Shown here in pieces: positions 1 through 20,911 of a DNA stretch of 64,000 nt. The DNA is taken from the NCBI RefSeq assembly GCF_009914755.1, contig NC_060936.1. One strand, written 5' to 3'. Numbering within the stretch: position 1 is the stretch's first letter; every line of letters starts with the position of its first letter. The translations under genes were made by a program, and so were the position numbers. The notes under the pieces are model-generated. The model was given only the letters and a program-made list of their open reading frames with translations, ran no database searches and was not told where the DNA came from. Origin of the DNA: the human T2T-CHM13v2.0 reference genome, Homo sapiens.

Positions 1-37
1 TAAAAGGGGAGATCATATGTGAAAAGGCACAGAGTCA

Positions 38-2080
<2,043 letters not shown>

Positions 2081-2353
2081 TCTGGAATAGACAATAATAG
2101 GAAGGGACATAGAGTGATGTTCCAAGATAATTAGTTAAAAAACTCAAAAATGCTGTAATCATCAGACCACCAAAAGAAATTTTTTGGAGAAGTATTGCTT
2201 CATTTATTTACTTCCATTTTTCCAAAATTATTTGGGTCGGTTTCGGGAGTGTTTATAGGATAATTCATGACTGTCTTTTCAATCAGGGAAATGGAAAACT
2301 AGGAACTACATTTTGAGTTTAAAAATGATTTCCTCCTTAAAATGTCCATGTAA

Positions 2354-2688
<335 letters not shown>

Positions 2689-2752
2689 TAGAAAATAAAA
2701 AGCAGTTGCCGTGTGCTGCTGTTTGTTGTCTTTGTTCTGTGATACAATTTCA

Positions 2753-3139
<387 letters not shown>

Positions 3140-3605
3140 TCATTTAGTATATATGTATTGGGTAGAGTTGCCTTGTGATACTTTAGCAATGAAAAGAAAA
3201 AGACAGATGTGGCCTCCGCTCTCAAAGTGATTGATGTGTAGAAAGGAAGAAAGACAATTCTATAAGTAACATTAAAGTGTGATTAATGTTATAATAGGGG
3301 TAGAATTCAGCCCCATAAGAAGGTGTGGCAATGGGTCCTATCCAGACAGGGGAATCGGTGAAGAATCAGGAAGAAATGATGACATCTAAGCTGACATCTG
3401 AAAGATGAACAACTCTGAAAAATATAGAAAAGTAGAGGGGTAAAAAAATCCATAATCTTTCTGAACATTAATGATTATTTGATAACAGCTTAGTTTATTT
3501 TCTTCTGATCTTTATTTATTAAATAATATTTTTTGTGAAAATAATACTCATAATACCTTAAGAAAAAAGAGTAAAAAGAACAAAGTAAAAAAAAAAACTC
3601 ACTTG

Positions 3606-4343
<738 letters not shown>

Positions 4344-4699
4344 CCACCCATAAATATCCACCCTTGAATGAACATTATTTCATATATATATATGTTTATG
4401 GATAGAATATTAGGTAAAAATGTTAACAGACATACTTTTATAAAAACTGGATCATACTATTTGTGCTATTTTTTAAAACAAATGTTTAATTAAATGTTAC
4501 TTGGATTTAACAGAAGAAAAAGAAATGGAAATCAAACTGAAGGAACTGGTGAAATTTAATTAAATTTGTCTTTTCTATTAAATGTGTCCTTTGCACAAGA
4601 GGTATTGTTTTAATAAAATCCTTCTACATTTAAGAAAACAGGTATGAAAATATTGTGAGAACCATTAAGAGATTAGAATAATTGGCTATATATTTTTGG

Positions 4700-6010
4700 A
4701 AACTTATTTAGACAGTTTAAATTGGGTAAGCGCTATGAAAAATAAGATAATAAGCATTTCTCACATGTCCTCTCTCCTCACAACTCCCTAATTTTGTTAA
4801 TTATATTGTTAATTTTACACTGTCAAAAGTTACCAGAAAATTGTCAAAGTTTATGTTGTTGAAATTTGTTCTGTAATCATAATTTCCACAATTGTTCAGT
4901 CTTCCTTCAGCATCTAATAGTTTCAGTTCTTACCACCAGTACTTTTTTGACTGTTTCTCCTTTCTTGAATTTTTATTTGGATTTATAGTTTAATATATAA
5001 AATCTTATAATCAAGTAGGTATTTTTCCTCCAAGTGTGATTCCTGGGTGCTATCTTTTTAGAGAAAGAACTTAGAAATTATTTTTTCTTTTTGCCTTTGT
5101 GTTAAATGACTTCTTGATGGTTATAATTTTGGGTACCATTTTCTTTTCCTCGAAACTTTGTAAATATCACTACATTGTTTTCTGACATTAAATATTGCTT
5201 TTGGAAGTCTGAGGTCGGCTTGGTTTTGCTCCTTGTACATTAATTGCTTTTGTGCGTAGCTTTTGTTCTTTTGTTTGTTTTTTAGGAAGGCCTTACTAAG
5301 TGCCAGGCACTGTTCTCTTTTTTTTTTTAATACTTGAGTTATAGTAATTAATTTAACATTTTATATCATCTTCAAGATGCTTGAGGAATTCTTGAAGTTC
5401 AGTACATTAACTGGATATATCTTGGTGTTGAAGCTTCCATGTTAGTTTTTCGTGAAACCAGTATGTGTAGATTTGATTCTTTCTGTATTTCCAGGAAAAT
5501 TCTTGTATTATATACTTTTAATGTTTCTAGTCCATGTCTTGGCTTCTTTACCTCAGGGACATGAAATACCTTATGTTGTGTGGTCTCTCACCATCCTTTA
5601 GATTTATTGTTTTTTTCTCTAATTGCTTTTAGTTCTTGTCTTTGTCTTCTGCATCCACTGGCACTAGCTAAAGCCTTTCTACTGGCAAATACATTCACAT
5701 GAAGTGTATTGTTCTGCTTCTTCTTTATTTATTGCTTTGCCTCCTTATTTCTTTCCTTAGCACTATAATTTTCCTCTCCTCCTCTCTCCCCCGCTCCGCC
5801 CCTCTATGGTTCTCTCTCTGCCTCTCTGTCTCTGTCTTTCTCTCTTTTGTTCTTATTCTATTGTTTTATCATCTTGTCTTTGAGTTTTCATTTTAATCAA
5901 ATTCATGTTCCTTTAAAGATTTATTTTCTATTGTAAAACACTTGTGAAGAATTTCCGTCTTTTCCTTGGATTATGTCTTCTTCCAGAATGGGTTCTTTGT
6001 TTTTTGCATG
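4700..6010 (-). mobile_element. Old L1M fragments
   Basis: T-rich antisense L1-like sequence, e.g. cactacattgttttctgacatt...aagtctgagg. Confidence 0.5.
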
Positions 6011-6029
6011 CTGTGATTCCTTCTTTGCT

Positions 6030-6150
6030 TTTACTTTGCTTTTTCTCTTCCTCTCTCACTCCCTCTATTCCTTCCTTCCTTCCTTCCCTCCTTTCCCTTC
6101 TTTCCCTTCCTTCCTTCCCTTCTTTCCCTTCCTTCCTTCTTTCTTTCCTC
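6030..6150. repeat. (CTTC)n / CT-rich low-complexity tract
   Basis: Direct reading. Confidence 0.85.
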
Positions 6151-6368
6151 TGTAGTATTTTTGCATACTTTCCATGCTATTTCTTTGTATCTTATTCGTG
6201 CCTGGGCAGCTCCATGCCCACCTTCCGTTTGCTCTGGGTTTAGAGATGAGGCTGAAGAAAGCTCTGCAGAATCTATATGGATTTCTATTGGATTATTTAA
6301 CTCTCCTTTCCCTTCTGAGATTTGGTAAAGTTTCTAGTGTCATGGGTTACTCTGTCTTCTGGATTTCA

Positions 6369-6730
<362 letters not shown>

Positions 6731-6759
6731 ATTATATATATATATATATATAGTTTTTT

Positions 6760-7110
6760 TTTCTTCACTGTTCTTCCTGTTAAGAGACAAAGGCTATCTC
6801 TGCTCCCTCAAATCTGGATTGGCCTATGACTTGTTCTGGTCGGGAGATTATGGCTTAAGTGGCATCGCCTAACTCCCAAAGCTTAGCCTCAAGAGAGATG
6901 CGGCTTCTGCTTTCTTACACTTGGAATGCTCCCTCTTGGGAGCCAGCTGTCACATAAACAGTCTAAATGGCCTGAGACCACCATGCCATGAGGAAATCCA
7001 AGCTAGCCACAGTGCCAGACATGTGACACCTTCTTGGACCTTTCAGCTACCAGCTAAATGCAAGTAAGTAAATGATCCCATCTGATGACACATGGAGCAG
7101 AAGAGCCACC
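6760..7110 (+). mobile_element. MLT1-family LTR fragment
   Basis: Motifs ttggaatgctccctcttgggagccagct and ctgagaccaccatgc...aagctagcc. Confidence 0.55.
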
Positions 7111-8481
7111 CATTTGAGCACCATTTAGTCTCTTTACTCTGCTTCACAGAAGCCTTCTTTGGGATCCAATCCTCTGTCCAAAAAGTGATGCTCAGTTGCC
7201 CTGGCCCTGGAGCCTTGAGAGCTGCTTCAGGGCTGGAGCACTCATTCGCTCATGGTAGCGTCAACCTCCACTGCCTGGGGACTCTGTGGAGAACCCTCCA
7301 CCTCCATCTCCAGTGAAACGGGAGCTCAAGGGCTTTCCTTTCGAGGGTCCTTGCGGTCTGAGAGGGGACAGGATGCTGTGAAGGGCCTGCCTTTATCAAG
7401 AGACGGGGACACAGGGTCCTAAGAACCAAAAAGAGAACACCTGAAAATGTATGGGGACAGCCAAGAAGCTGTGGGGAAAGAGGGGCAGCAGAGTCCAGGG
7501 GTATTGGCAGGTGCAGAAACCCCAGGGCTGGCGGACTGAGGAAAAGAGTAGAGCTCTTTCTTCACTGCCTCCCCTGAGATTCGTGGAAACAGAAACTTTC
7601 CTTTTGGAAAAGTCACTTTCTTTATGCCATTTCTATTTTTTGTCATTACTTCCTTGTTGTTTCACCTGAAGACTTAGAAAAGTTTCTTTGGGAAATGTCA
7701 GCTGCCTCACCTCTCCTGAAGAGATGTCAGGAAAAGGTTTCTCTTTGGTTGGTTTGTCAACAGGACGGGTTGCAGTGGGGAGAAAACCCCATCAAGATGG
7801 CAAACACGGATAGAAAAATAAAAGTGTAGAACTTTGATCTCCTATCCAATTAAACATGCCACTCCCACTCCCACCTGCAAGCACAGGCTGGACCCGCAGC
7901 TTGAGGGGTTGGGGTGGGTCTGCTTCTCCCATGCTGCCCGCTCAGCTCCTGGAGGCAGGGGTCTCCTTGTGTGTCTACCCCATGTAGATGGTGGCCAGGT
8001 GTCCCTGGCCCTCCTCCAGCTTTCTGTGGGCCTATGTGTTGGTAGTGGACTCCCTCTGTAGCAAGATGGTCTCCGTGGAGTGGTTGTGGTTCTTGCCATG
8101 GTGTTCAGGTTCACTCCACCATCCTGTCCCTGAGAAATCTCCTAAAAATTTCCTAGGAAAAATCAAGTATTCTTTTGGCCCAACCAGCAGCACTTGCCAG
8201 CGAGTGCTTCTCTGGTGGGATGTCCCATCTTCCAGCAGGCTGCTGTCCCACACCTCCTACTCCTCACTGACCTGTGAGCTCTCCCCCTTGAAGCCTCAGG
8301 AGCTACCAGATCCTCCTCTGGCCCCGCTCTGTGCACCTGGCCTTCCCTAAAGTGCTGGTGGCCACCACACCCTTCCTTCCCAGTTGACTTTTAGTCCACA
8401 TTGATGGGAGGGGAGACCAAGAGTGGGACTGCTCTGGCTGCCTCTTTAAAGCCTTTAATGAGGGCTGGTGGTGGTGGTGGG

Positions 8482-9972
<1,491 letters not shown>

Positions 9973-10341
9973 ATGATATGGTTTGGCTCTGTGTCCCCAC
10001 CCAAATGTCATCTTGTAGCTCCCATAATTCTCACATGTTGTGGGAGGGACCCAGTGGGAGATAATTGAATCATGGGGGTAGGTCTTTCCCATGCTGTTCT
10101 TGCGACAGTGAATAAGTCTCATGAGATCTGATGGTTTTAAAAAAAGGGGTTTTCCTTGCACAAGCTCTTTCTTTGCCTGCTGCCATCCATGTAAGATGTG
10201 ACTTGCTCCTCCTTGCCTTCCACCGTGATTGTGAGGCCTCCTCAGCCACATGGAAATGTAAGTCCATTAAATCCTTTTTCCTGTATGAATTACCCAGTCT
10301 CGGGTATGTCTTTATCAGCAGCATGAAAACGGACTAATACA
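9973..10341 (+). mobile_element. THE1A/B-type 3' LTR
   Basis: Runs from tgatatggtttggctctgtgtcccc to atcagcagcatgaaaacggactaataca. Confidence 0.9.
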
Positions 10342-11323
10342 GGGGGTGTAAGCCCCAACTCATTAAAAGCTTTCTTTCAAGTGTGAAGGTTCTTGGAGCT
10401 CCTTGCTTGTACCTCTGGATTAGCCACAATTCAAGGACAACAGGAAAAGTCCCACCCAGCATGTACGGTATTTTAAATGAGACCATCCCAAACACTCCTC
10501 TACATTTGGTAGATGGCAGGAGATGGGCTGTAGGATGACATTGTTCCCATGGAGACACCCAGGTGCTGGGACTTCGGGACTCAGAAAGGTGGCAGCAGAA
10601 TTGTTGTGGCTCTTGAGGCTCTCGTGTGATGGTCTCAGACGGAATGTGGAATAGGACAAGATCAGGAACCCCAAGGCCTAAGAGCTAATGAGCTCTGGTA
10701 GAACCGAAAGCCTGAGCTCTATAAGCTTGACTTTAAGGCACATTCTAGGTTCATTTCCTGGTAGTTCTTCATTAGTATTTAGAAAATTTATGTTTAGTGT
10801 CAGCTTATTTCAAAATACTAAAAAGAATTTAAAGCTGGTGAGGGATTTTGTTTTTTTAATAAGAGCATTTTTAATAGACCAATAGGTACACAATATTTTG
10901 GCTATGTATAATATAATATGTTGCTGTGGAGATGTCCTGTATTTCTGGTGACAACACTGGAAACACAAAAATCAAGAGGCACTGAACTGTATGGACACAC
11001 TTGTGGGGACAGTGGACAGAGTATTTAAGATTGGGACTGTCCTGGAAGATCTAGAACATGTGCTCATTGTTCCTGTGGAGTGCAGCCACCTCCCTTGACC
11101 CAGTCGCTCTGCTGGGTTCTAGGCTGCCAGTACAAGGGATTTGGGAGCCAGAACAAAAACTGAATATTCAAGGTCTAATGGGAGCTTAGTCCCATTCTCA
11201 GATGGAGAAACTGAGGCCCAAAGAGAAGTGTGTTGTCTATAGTCATGTGGTTAATAAGATATTTAGATTTAATTCAGGGAAGTACACATTGACTATGCAT
11301 GTCTATAAAAAACAGCCAGCTAG

Positions 11324-11729
<406 letters not shown>

Positions 11730-11844
11730 TGTTTTGCACTAGTTTTTAATGGTTGTCATTATCTCTGGGTGTGAGAGTATTTTGCAATTTACAAAACACT
11801 TTCCTATCTATAGTCTTCATCCTCTTAATATTTGTGCATCGTGG

Positions 11845-12240
11845 TGTATCAGGAATGCATTTGGCTGCAATTATCAGGAAACCCAACAACAATGGCTCAA
11901 ACACAGAGGGGGCTATTTTTCTCACATAACAATAAATTCATAGATAGGTGTTTGTTGGTGATGGTTTAGTGGCTGACATCACTGTGATTCTTTACCCCGT
12001 GGTTGAAAGATGGCTGCTCTAGCACCAGGCATCATATTCATTTTTCAAGTCAGGAATAAAAGAGAGGACACAGGTTGCTTCCCACAGCCCTGAGAATTCT
12101 TCTCATTGGTCAGAAGTGTGTCACGGGCCCACCTCTGGCTACAGAGAAGCTAAGTAAGTGACTTTTACCTGGAGTTGGACACATTGCGGGCCCAAGCATA
12201 ACTGAGTTCCATCAGCAAGGCAACCAACAGTGCCTGCCAT
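11845..12240 (-). mobile_element. ERVL LTR (LTR33-like)
   Basis: Motifs ttggctgcaa...aaacccaac and aagatggctgct...caggcatca...ctcattggtcagaa. Confidence 0.5.
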
Positions 12241-12339
12241 AGGTGGGCCTCAGCTGCTCCTTCTCCCCTGCCTGGTCAGCAGGGATGTTTGGCTTTGCTG
12301 CATTTTCATTCCCTTTTTCTGCACGAACCTATTTATATA

Positions 12340-13040
12340 ATAACCTTCATTCCTCCTGTGATTACAGAGGAAGAAAATGCTCATTGTAAAGCCCTAGAAA
12401 TTTCAGGAAAAAATAGAGAGCAAATCATCTATAATCTTATACCTAAAGATAATGACAAATGTTAGCATTTTAGAGTATTTCCTTCCTGAAATTTTCCCAC
12501 ACATATATAAATGATATTACATTATATGTTTGTGATTGTATCATGCTTTTTTACTCAATAGTATATTGCATGTTCCCAGGCCATTAAAGTTTTTCAAAGC
12601 AATAATTATTTTTTAATTTTTACCATTTTTCTGATCACCATAGTAACACATGCTTGTTGTAAAACATTGATGTTTAACATATGAATATTCCCTATATTTC
12701 TGCCTCATGAGAAAACCACTATAAACAGTCAGGAACTTTATCAGAATTTTTTGAACTATTCCCACGTTATTGGACATTCAGGTTATTTCCAATTTTTCAT
12801 TATTAAGGACAACATTTTGTTGAATATCCTTATACATGGATTTCATTCACATTTCTGATTATTTTCTTTGTGTAGATTCCTAGAAGTGGGATTACTGGGT
12901 TAAAGGCTATGAACATTTTCAAAGCTCCTGATGCATATTGCCAAATTGCTTTCTGGAAGGACTGTACCATTTATACTCTGACTAGCATTTTATAAGCATG
13001 CCCAACTTACTCCACACTCACCAGGATTTCAGAATCTCTT
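12340..13040 (-). mobile_element. L1ME-type fragments
   Basis: tagattcctagaagtgggattactgggttaaagg...tattgccaaattgctttc, typical of an antisense L1 3' region. Confidence 0.65.
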
Positions 13041-13220
13041 TCAGCCCTTTTGCAAGAAAGCAATGTGGCTTAGCAGAATGCATAGCAGTCAGAAGTTCAA
13101 CTAATTTTGACTAGTAGTCAGAAATCCTGATTTTAAGTTCTGAGTATGTCAGAACTTGTGTGTGACATTAGGTAAGTCACTTTATTTCTCAGTTTACTTA
13201 AAAAATATTGTGTAGTGTAG

Positions 13221-13533
<313 letters not shown>

Positions 13534-13677
13534 GTTACCTTTTTGGTAATTACCTCCTCTTTATTTCATTGTAACGGAACCCTGATCTGTTTAGATGTGC
13601 ACCTCTCCTCTCCATAGCCTTGAGCTGCAGGAGGTGCTGACCTCCGCTTTGACGTGTGGACACCGATTAATATCAGC

Positions 13678-14447
13678 AGAGCTGATCAGACTTTTTGGCC
13701 TCAGACCCCTTTACAATTTTAACAATTATTGAGAAACCTGAAGAAGGTTTGCTTATGTGGGCTATATCCATTGATGTTTACTGTATTTGATGCTAAAATT
13801 GAGAAATTTAAAAACTATTAATTAATTTGAAGGTAACAACATATGGGAGGCCGAGGCATCTGTATGGACCACTTGAGCCCAGGAGTTTGAGACCAGCCTG
13901 GGCAACATAGCAAAACCCTGTCTGTACTAAAAATACAAAAAATTAGCTGGGCCTGGTGGCACATGTCTATAGATCCTCCCACTTCGGGAGGCTGAGATGG
14001 GAGCCTGAGGTGGGAGGATCACCTGAGCCCATAGAGCCAAGGCCGCAGTGAGCAGAGATTCAGCCATTGAATTACAGCCTGGGTGATAGGAGCGAGATCC
14101 TGTCTCAATAAAAAAAAGATAACAACATATAAGCCCATAATGTGTTAATCTGATTAACATATTTTAATGAAAATAACTATATTTTCAAAAAATTTTAGTA
14201 AGTAGAGCAGTATTGTTATGCATTTTTGCAAATCTTTTTACTGCCTGGCTGAGTAGAAGACAGCTGGATTCTCATATCTGCTTCTACATTCAATCTGTCG
14301 TGATCTCACACATTGCGTAGTCTCTAAAACTTCTTTGTGAGAGAATGAGGAAGAAAAAGGGGATAATGTTAAACGAAAATAATTTTGGCCTCATGGACCC
14401 CCTTAAAGGATCTCCAGGGACCTGAAACCACACTTTGAAACAGCCAT
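13678..14447 (+). mobile_element. hAT-Charlie (Charlie1-like) DNA transposon relic interrupted by a truncated Alu (13844-14118)
   Basis: Start ttttggcctcagacccctttaca...ttattgag; end ttttggcctcatggaccccc...accacactttgaaa. Confidence 0.65.
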
Positions 14448-17400
14448 GGTGATCCCATTCCCTTTGCGAGTAATTGCTGCAGGAGTGGGCTAGTATGCTT
14501 TCCTTTGGGAGCATGAATTTTCCCAAAGCCCACCGGCATCCTCTCCTAATTCCTTGCTGGTCAAAATGAATTTTTGCTCCCAAAGGAAAGCGTAAGAAAT
14601 ATATATGTTATTTTGTCTGTACGTGACATCAGGAAATGCTTCAACAATTTTTCTTCCAGCCTGAGGATGACAAAAGCCCGTGTGAAAAGCAAAGACTAGG
14701 GATGGTGTGCAGGCCAAGCCGGGGGCCGTGCTTGGAGTCCACCCTTGTTGTGTGACATAGAAAATGGATTTGGAGAAGGCATGTTATAGCAAAATTTGGT
14801 ATGAGGAAGTAGAGGTGCCACACGCACCGTACCCTAAAATGGGGACTGGGGTGGATTGAGAAGGTGTCTCTGCAGGCAGCAGGAATCAAGAAGCCTGCTG
14901 TTCCAGGCTGGGAAGCTGGTGACTCTGTTATGTGGTTGTGAATTAATGGATCCCACTATTTTCCTTTGAACTTGGGGACAGTACGTGCCCATTGAGAGCA
15001 CTAGGGGAAATGGTTTAACATTTAGGATATTAATGTGCACCGGCTATTATTTTGGTGGCCTTTGGTGGAGTCCTGTAAGAAAGAAACAAACTTATGCCTG
15101 TCTTAGAGCAGAGAAAGCAGGAATCTTATCTGCAGGAGATATTGGGGCCCAGAAAATCCCTACTGGCCAGGTCTCTCTTAAACACCTTCCTTTAAGCTTC
15201 TCCACTGACACACTGGACAGGCTTTGTCAAGATCAGCTTGTTGGTGGGGACTCCCTGCCTGAGAATATTTTGGACTGTCTCCAGGCAGAGGTCTTTAAAG
15301 TAGCTCCAGGGAGATGGGCAGAGCACAGAGGCCAATGACCAGGAGACTCAAAGAACATATATCCAGACAAAGTCTTTGACCCATGCTTAATAAGCCATGG
15401 AACTGACCAGAAACAAATTGATGGAAGCCTGCTAACTTTTAAAAGCCATACTGTCAAAGAAACCCTAATCTTGGCCAAGAAAAGCCATGGCATTTTTACT
15501 CTGTAGGGCAATCCCCACACCTTGAACCTATGGCTGCTAAAGCCCTTTTAATTTATTTAGTATTATTATTATTTTCAGATGTGATCTCTCTTGCCCAGAA
15601 TGGTCTCAAGCTACTGGGCTCAAATGATTCTCCTATTTATTTTTAATTTTTCTAAAACTTTTACAAGTTTTGAGAGGGGAGCTTAAGTTTTAATATTTTG
15701 AGATTTGCTGTATAAAGTCTGCATTTACCCTTATTATCCTTAATTATTTTGCAGATTTTGATATCATTATATCTCTGCCGTTTTCTTAGTACTCACTTTT
15801 TTCTCTTTTAAATCTTTTTAAACTTAGAACATGATCTGGCTGATCTCAAAGAATTATGGAATTTTAAAGCCAGAAAGGACCTGATATGACTGTTCTCGAG
15901 TATTGGTTAAGTGACCTGCCTCATAAACCTTAAAAGAGTGACTTTATTTAGTATACTTCTAATACAATTTTTGTGTACCAAAATGATCTTTGGATGCAGT
16001 TTTCATGAAGACAGCTAATACATAAGCTGGTGTTAATCTGTGCTTCGTTGACTTCTGGTAACGGTCCTCTTTTTCTCCCCTTTTATGTCATCTTCCTGGT
16101 GAAACTGACCACCAGTAGAGGACAAGGGTGCACTCTCTTTCTGTAGTAGCTATATCCCCCTTCATAACTGTAACACTGGTCTGAGCACAGGAGATACTTA
16201 ATGAATGTTTACCCACGAATGGGCTAAATGAATGGAGGCAGCCCAATGCCTGAGACTTGTCCTCCTTTATGGCGAGGCATAAATAACATGCAAATTCTGG
16301 AAACAGCAATAGGGATACCATTCCAGTAAAGAGAAGAAGAGACTTGTTTCCGGCCAGCATCTGCCAAAATTGGTCCAGGAAAGAGGACAGCAATGATGAT
16401 TATTTCTCAGAAAATATTTTGCCCAGGCATGGATACAATTGCCCTGGGAAACAAAACCATGTAGAGGTGCAGAGGCCAGGGGTCTTTCTGACCACCTTAC
16501 TTTTCCCCTACTCCAACTTCTCCCCTTTTTTCCCAGGCATGCTCATCGGCAGTGTACCCCAGTGTATGGTTCAGATTCCAAGAAGCTTTGGAACTTGGAA
16601 AGGGTCTGAATCAGTAGGACAGAAGGAAAGAGAGGCAACATCCAGAGGTCTTGAATGTTACGCTGCAGACCTGGACTAGTTGTAAATTGTCTGTTTCCTT
16701 GCTAATGAAGAGAGGCAGAGGTATGGCTCATACGGAAAAGTAGAAGCTTCAGAAATCATGTGTACAACACTTTGGGAGACCTTAAGAAGTGTAAGAGATA
16801 CTCTTTGGAGCACACATCTGCTGATGTGAAGTTTTCAACAGAAATAAATATAATGGAGGCTCTATACAAGAGGCCAATGAAGACCAGTTTATTCAATGTA
16901 GTGAGGTCTGAGTAAAAGAACGTAAAAGAAAGTCTCTTTGTTAGTGTCTGGTTAACATGAGCTGTTTGATTTAGTTTTGATTGTTCAACAAGTTTTCTTG
17001 TCTTCTGAGTAAAGGCCATCAGTTTGACCATTTCTGAGAGATTTGCTCATCCTGGCTCAATTAAGGAGGACGGTCAAGCATAAAAATCATATAGGAATCT
17101 GGACTGATTCCTAAGAAAGCCTCAAGTGTTGAATGAGTCTATTGTAGACCACGCTTAGCTGAAACCTTTGGCACTTGGGATGGAATTTGCTTTATTAAGA
17201 TGGGGAATGTTGGACTCTTCCAATTTTTTGTATTTATAAAATTATGACTGGTACTAACTCTTTTCTCTCCTTCCCTTGTGGAGGGCTTGAAGAAATTAAG
17301 GGTAACATTTAGCTTGATGCTGCATAGAGGGGAAAATAGTGAAAGGGCAGGAGAGTTCCTGCCCTCCCTTGAGTTCAAAGAGGAAGTTGAAGCTCATTAT

Positions 17401-17599
17401 CATATAATTATAGGGAATATTGGGGGCAGCGCCAACACACTGCCTCAGAGGCTCACATGTGGGCACCAGATGTAGTTCCTATGAGATCTGAAAAGTAGTA
17501 TTGTTCCTGCGTAGTTGGAAGTGGCCTCAAGTTATTTATGCCCTCTGGGGCTCACTTTTCTCATATGCAAAATGAGAGGGCTGGCTGGGACTATTTATT

Positions 17600-17792
17600 C
17601 TGTACTCAAGCTATACATTATATCACCTGGGCAGCTGCAAAATATAACAATATAACAGACTGCACCGCAGGTGAATGATTGAAAAATGATTCTGGATTCA
17701 GAAGCCACAAATGACTCAAGTGGAAACCAGGCATCAGTATTTTTTAAAAGCCCCACAGGTGATTCTTAAATGCAGCCAGGTTGACAACCACC
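17600..17792. mobile_element. MER5-type hAT MITE
   Basis: atcacctggg...gcatcagtatttttaaaagcccca-caggtgattct...gcagccaggttgacaaccac. Confidence 0.6.
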
Positions 17793-18516
17793 ACCCAGGT
17801 GATCTCTGTGGTCTCATACAGCAAAAGCTTCCAAATTTTAGAGCTAATGGACAGCTGAATAACGAACGGCACCTGCATTGCAATCATTCTTTCCGGTTTG
17901 TAATGGACCTCTGAAGGGATACTTGTAGGAATGTACTTATTTTATAACTGATGATGGGCAAGGATGAACTTTTTAAAAAGTTCGGAGGGCCTTGATTTCA
18001 ACTTGGGCCGTCTAGCTACATTAATCCTTTTCCATGTGGGGTTGTACCCATGAATATGCTTCTTGTGACCTGGAAAATGGTATGGCCAGAAAAGTATAAC
18101 CGGTTTAAGAAAGGCTTGATAATTTGGTTAATAATGCAAGCAAGGAACTTTCAGGAATAATTCTCTAGCCCATCAAATCATCTACGCACCCAAAATCTTT
18201 ACTGAATGGCTGCTTTTTCTAGAAGACGTTGTCCCAGGTGAATTCTTTTAGATTGCTCTGGGAGCTCTCTCGAGCTCCTGTCAGAGAGATTCTACCGAAC
18301 AGAGAAAGCTACGCTTCCATGCTGGGATCGCTTTTCTCCTCCTCTGATATTGTTAATGGCTAACAATGAAGATAGCGTGGATCCACCTTCTCTTCCCACG
18401 CGGGCACTTCTGTCTCTGTAGTGTCAAAATAGTAGCAGCTAAAGTTGATGAAGTTCTTACTGTGTGCCAGGCATTGTGGTTTTTTGGTTTTTTGTTTGTT
18501 TGTTTCAGTTTTTTAA

Positions 18517-18873
<357 letters not shown>

Positions 18874-18930
18874 TGTATTACCTCATTTAATCCTCCCAAC
18901 CACTCTAGGAAACAGGCTGTATTCTATTAT

Positions 18931-19598
<668 letters not shown>

Positions 19599-20721
19599 TA
19601 AACAAGGACTTGAGAGGTTAATTAACCCGTGCAAAGTCACAGGGTTAAGAGATGAGAGTCAGAACACCACCCCAGCTCTCCGGCCTTGCCTTGGGTGCAG
19701 GGACTGGGCACTATACTCCTTGGTGTCCTCCCACGGCAGCTAACAGTGCTGAGCACACAGTGGCACAGAGTCAGAAAATGAACTGGGGTGGGCTGAACGG
19801 AAAGGGAAAAGAGCCTGGCTGTGGGTGAACTCCCTCACTGGCGAGACTTCCAGAACAGGTGCACCAAGGCAGCTGTGAGCAGCGTCCTGAGAACTGCTAA
19901 GAACTGAGCAGGTATTTGGGATATGCTCAGCCTCCAGGGGAGATGCAGGCTTGTTGGCCCCTGTCGGTTCTTTCCAGCTCAAGGATTCAATATTCCGTTG
20001 ATTCCTAGAACTGTTGGCTGAAAGGGAAATGTTTACGATCAACCACAGCACGCTACTAAATGTGACAGGAATTGTGCGCGTGTTTGGCCTGATGCTTATC
20101 TTGTGGGCTAGCCGGTGACAGGCAACCATTTGCTAGCATGTCATCAGCTGCACAGGGCTTTCCCCAGCAGCTTCCTTTCCAATTATTCACAGCTACTGTA
20201 AGGGTGGGAGAATGAGGGCACACGGGGGAAGGGAGCTGTCTCCCTGCAGCCATGGACGACGAGCACAGAAGGAGCATGAGCTGCTCAGAGCAAGTATGAT
20301 TTCTGGGGCTCTCAAAATGTCTGTGTTTGCCCTTTGTCCTTGTTCTCTCTCCAATCACTTAAGCAGATAACTCCTACAAATGCAGGTGAAGTGAGGGTAA
20401 GCAGAATCTGTCACTCCATGGCTAGAGCAAAGAAATTACTAATGCACGTCAGGAATATTCACATACATCATTTGACCCTTAAATCCACACTGTGCAGTTG
20501 GTACTATCATCTTCATTCCATATAAGTAAATGAAACTTGGAGAGACCAACTGACTTTCTACCAGCTGGGCATGGAGCTGAGATTCAAACCACATCTTCTC
20601 TATCTATTTCCTATTCTTTTCACTTACATTGATATGCTTAAATTTGTAAGGATAAAGAACAGATATGGGGAAGGAAGAGCAGGAAGGAAGAAGTTTCTGA
20701 AGGGTGCAGAGGGGCGTCGGG

Positions 20722-20911
20722 GAGAGGTCTATCAGGTGAAACACAGGACACCCAGGGAAACTTGAATTTCAGAAAAAGAATGAATTTTTAAAAATATAAA
20801 TAAGTACCAAATATTCCATGAAAGCATACTTGTACTAAAACATTTTTCATTGTTTATCTGAAATTCCATAATTCAGGTATTGTGTTTCTATTTGCTAGAT
20901 CTGCAGCCCTA
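20722..20911. mobile_element. MER53 palindromic MITE
   Basis: acaggacacccag...ttgaatttcaga...catacttgtactaaaa...tgtttatctgaaattc...tatttgctagatctgcagcccta. Confidence 0.7.
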
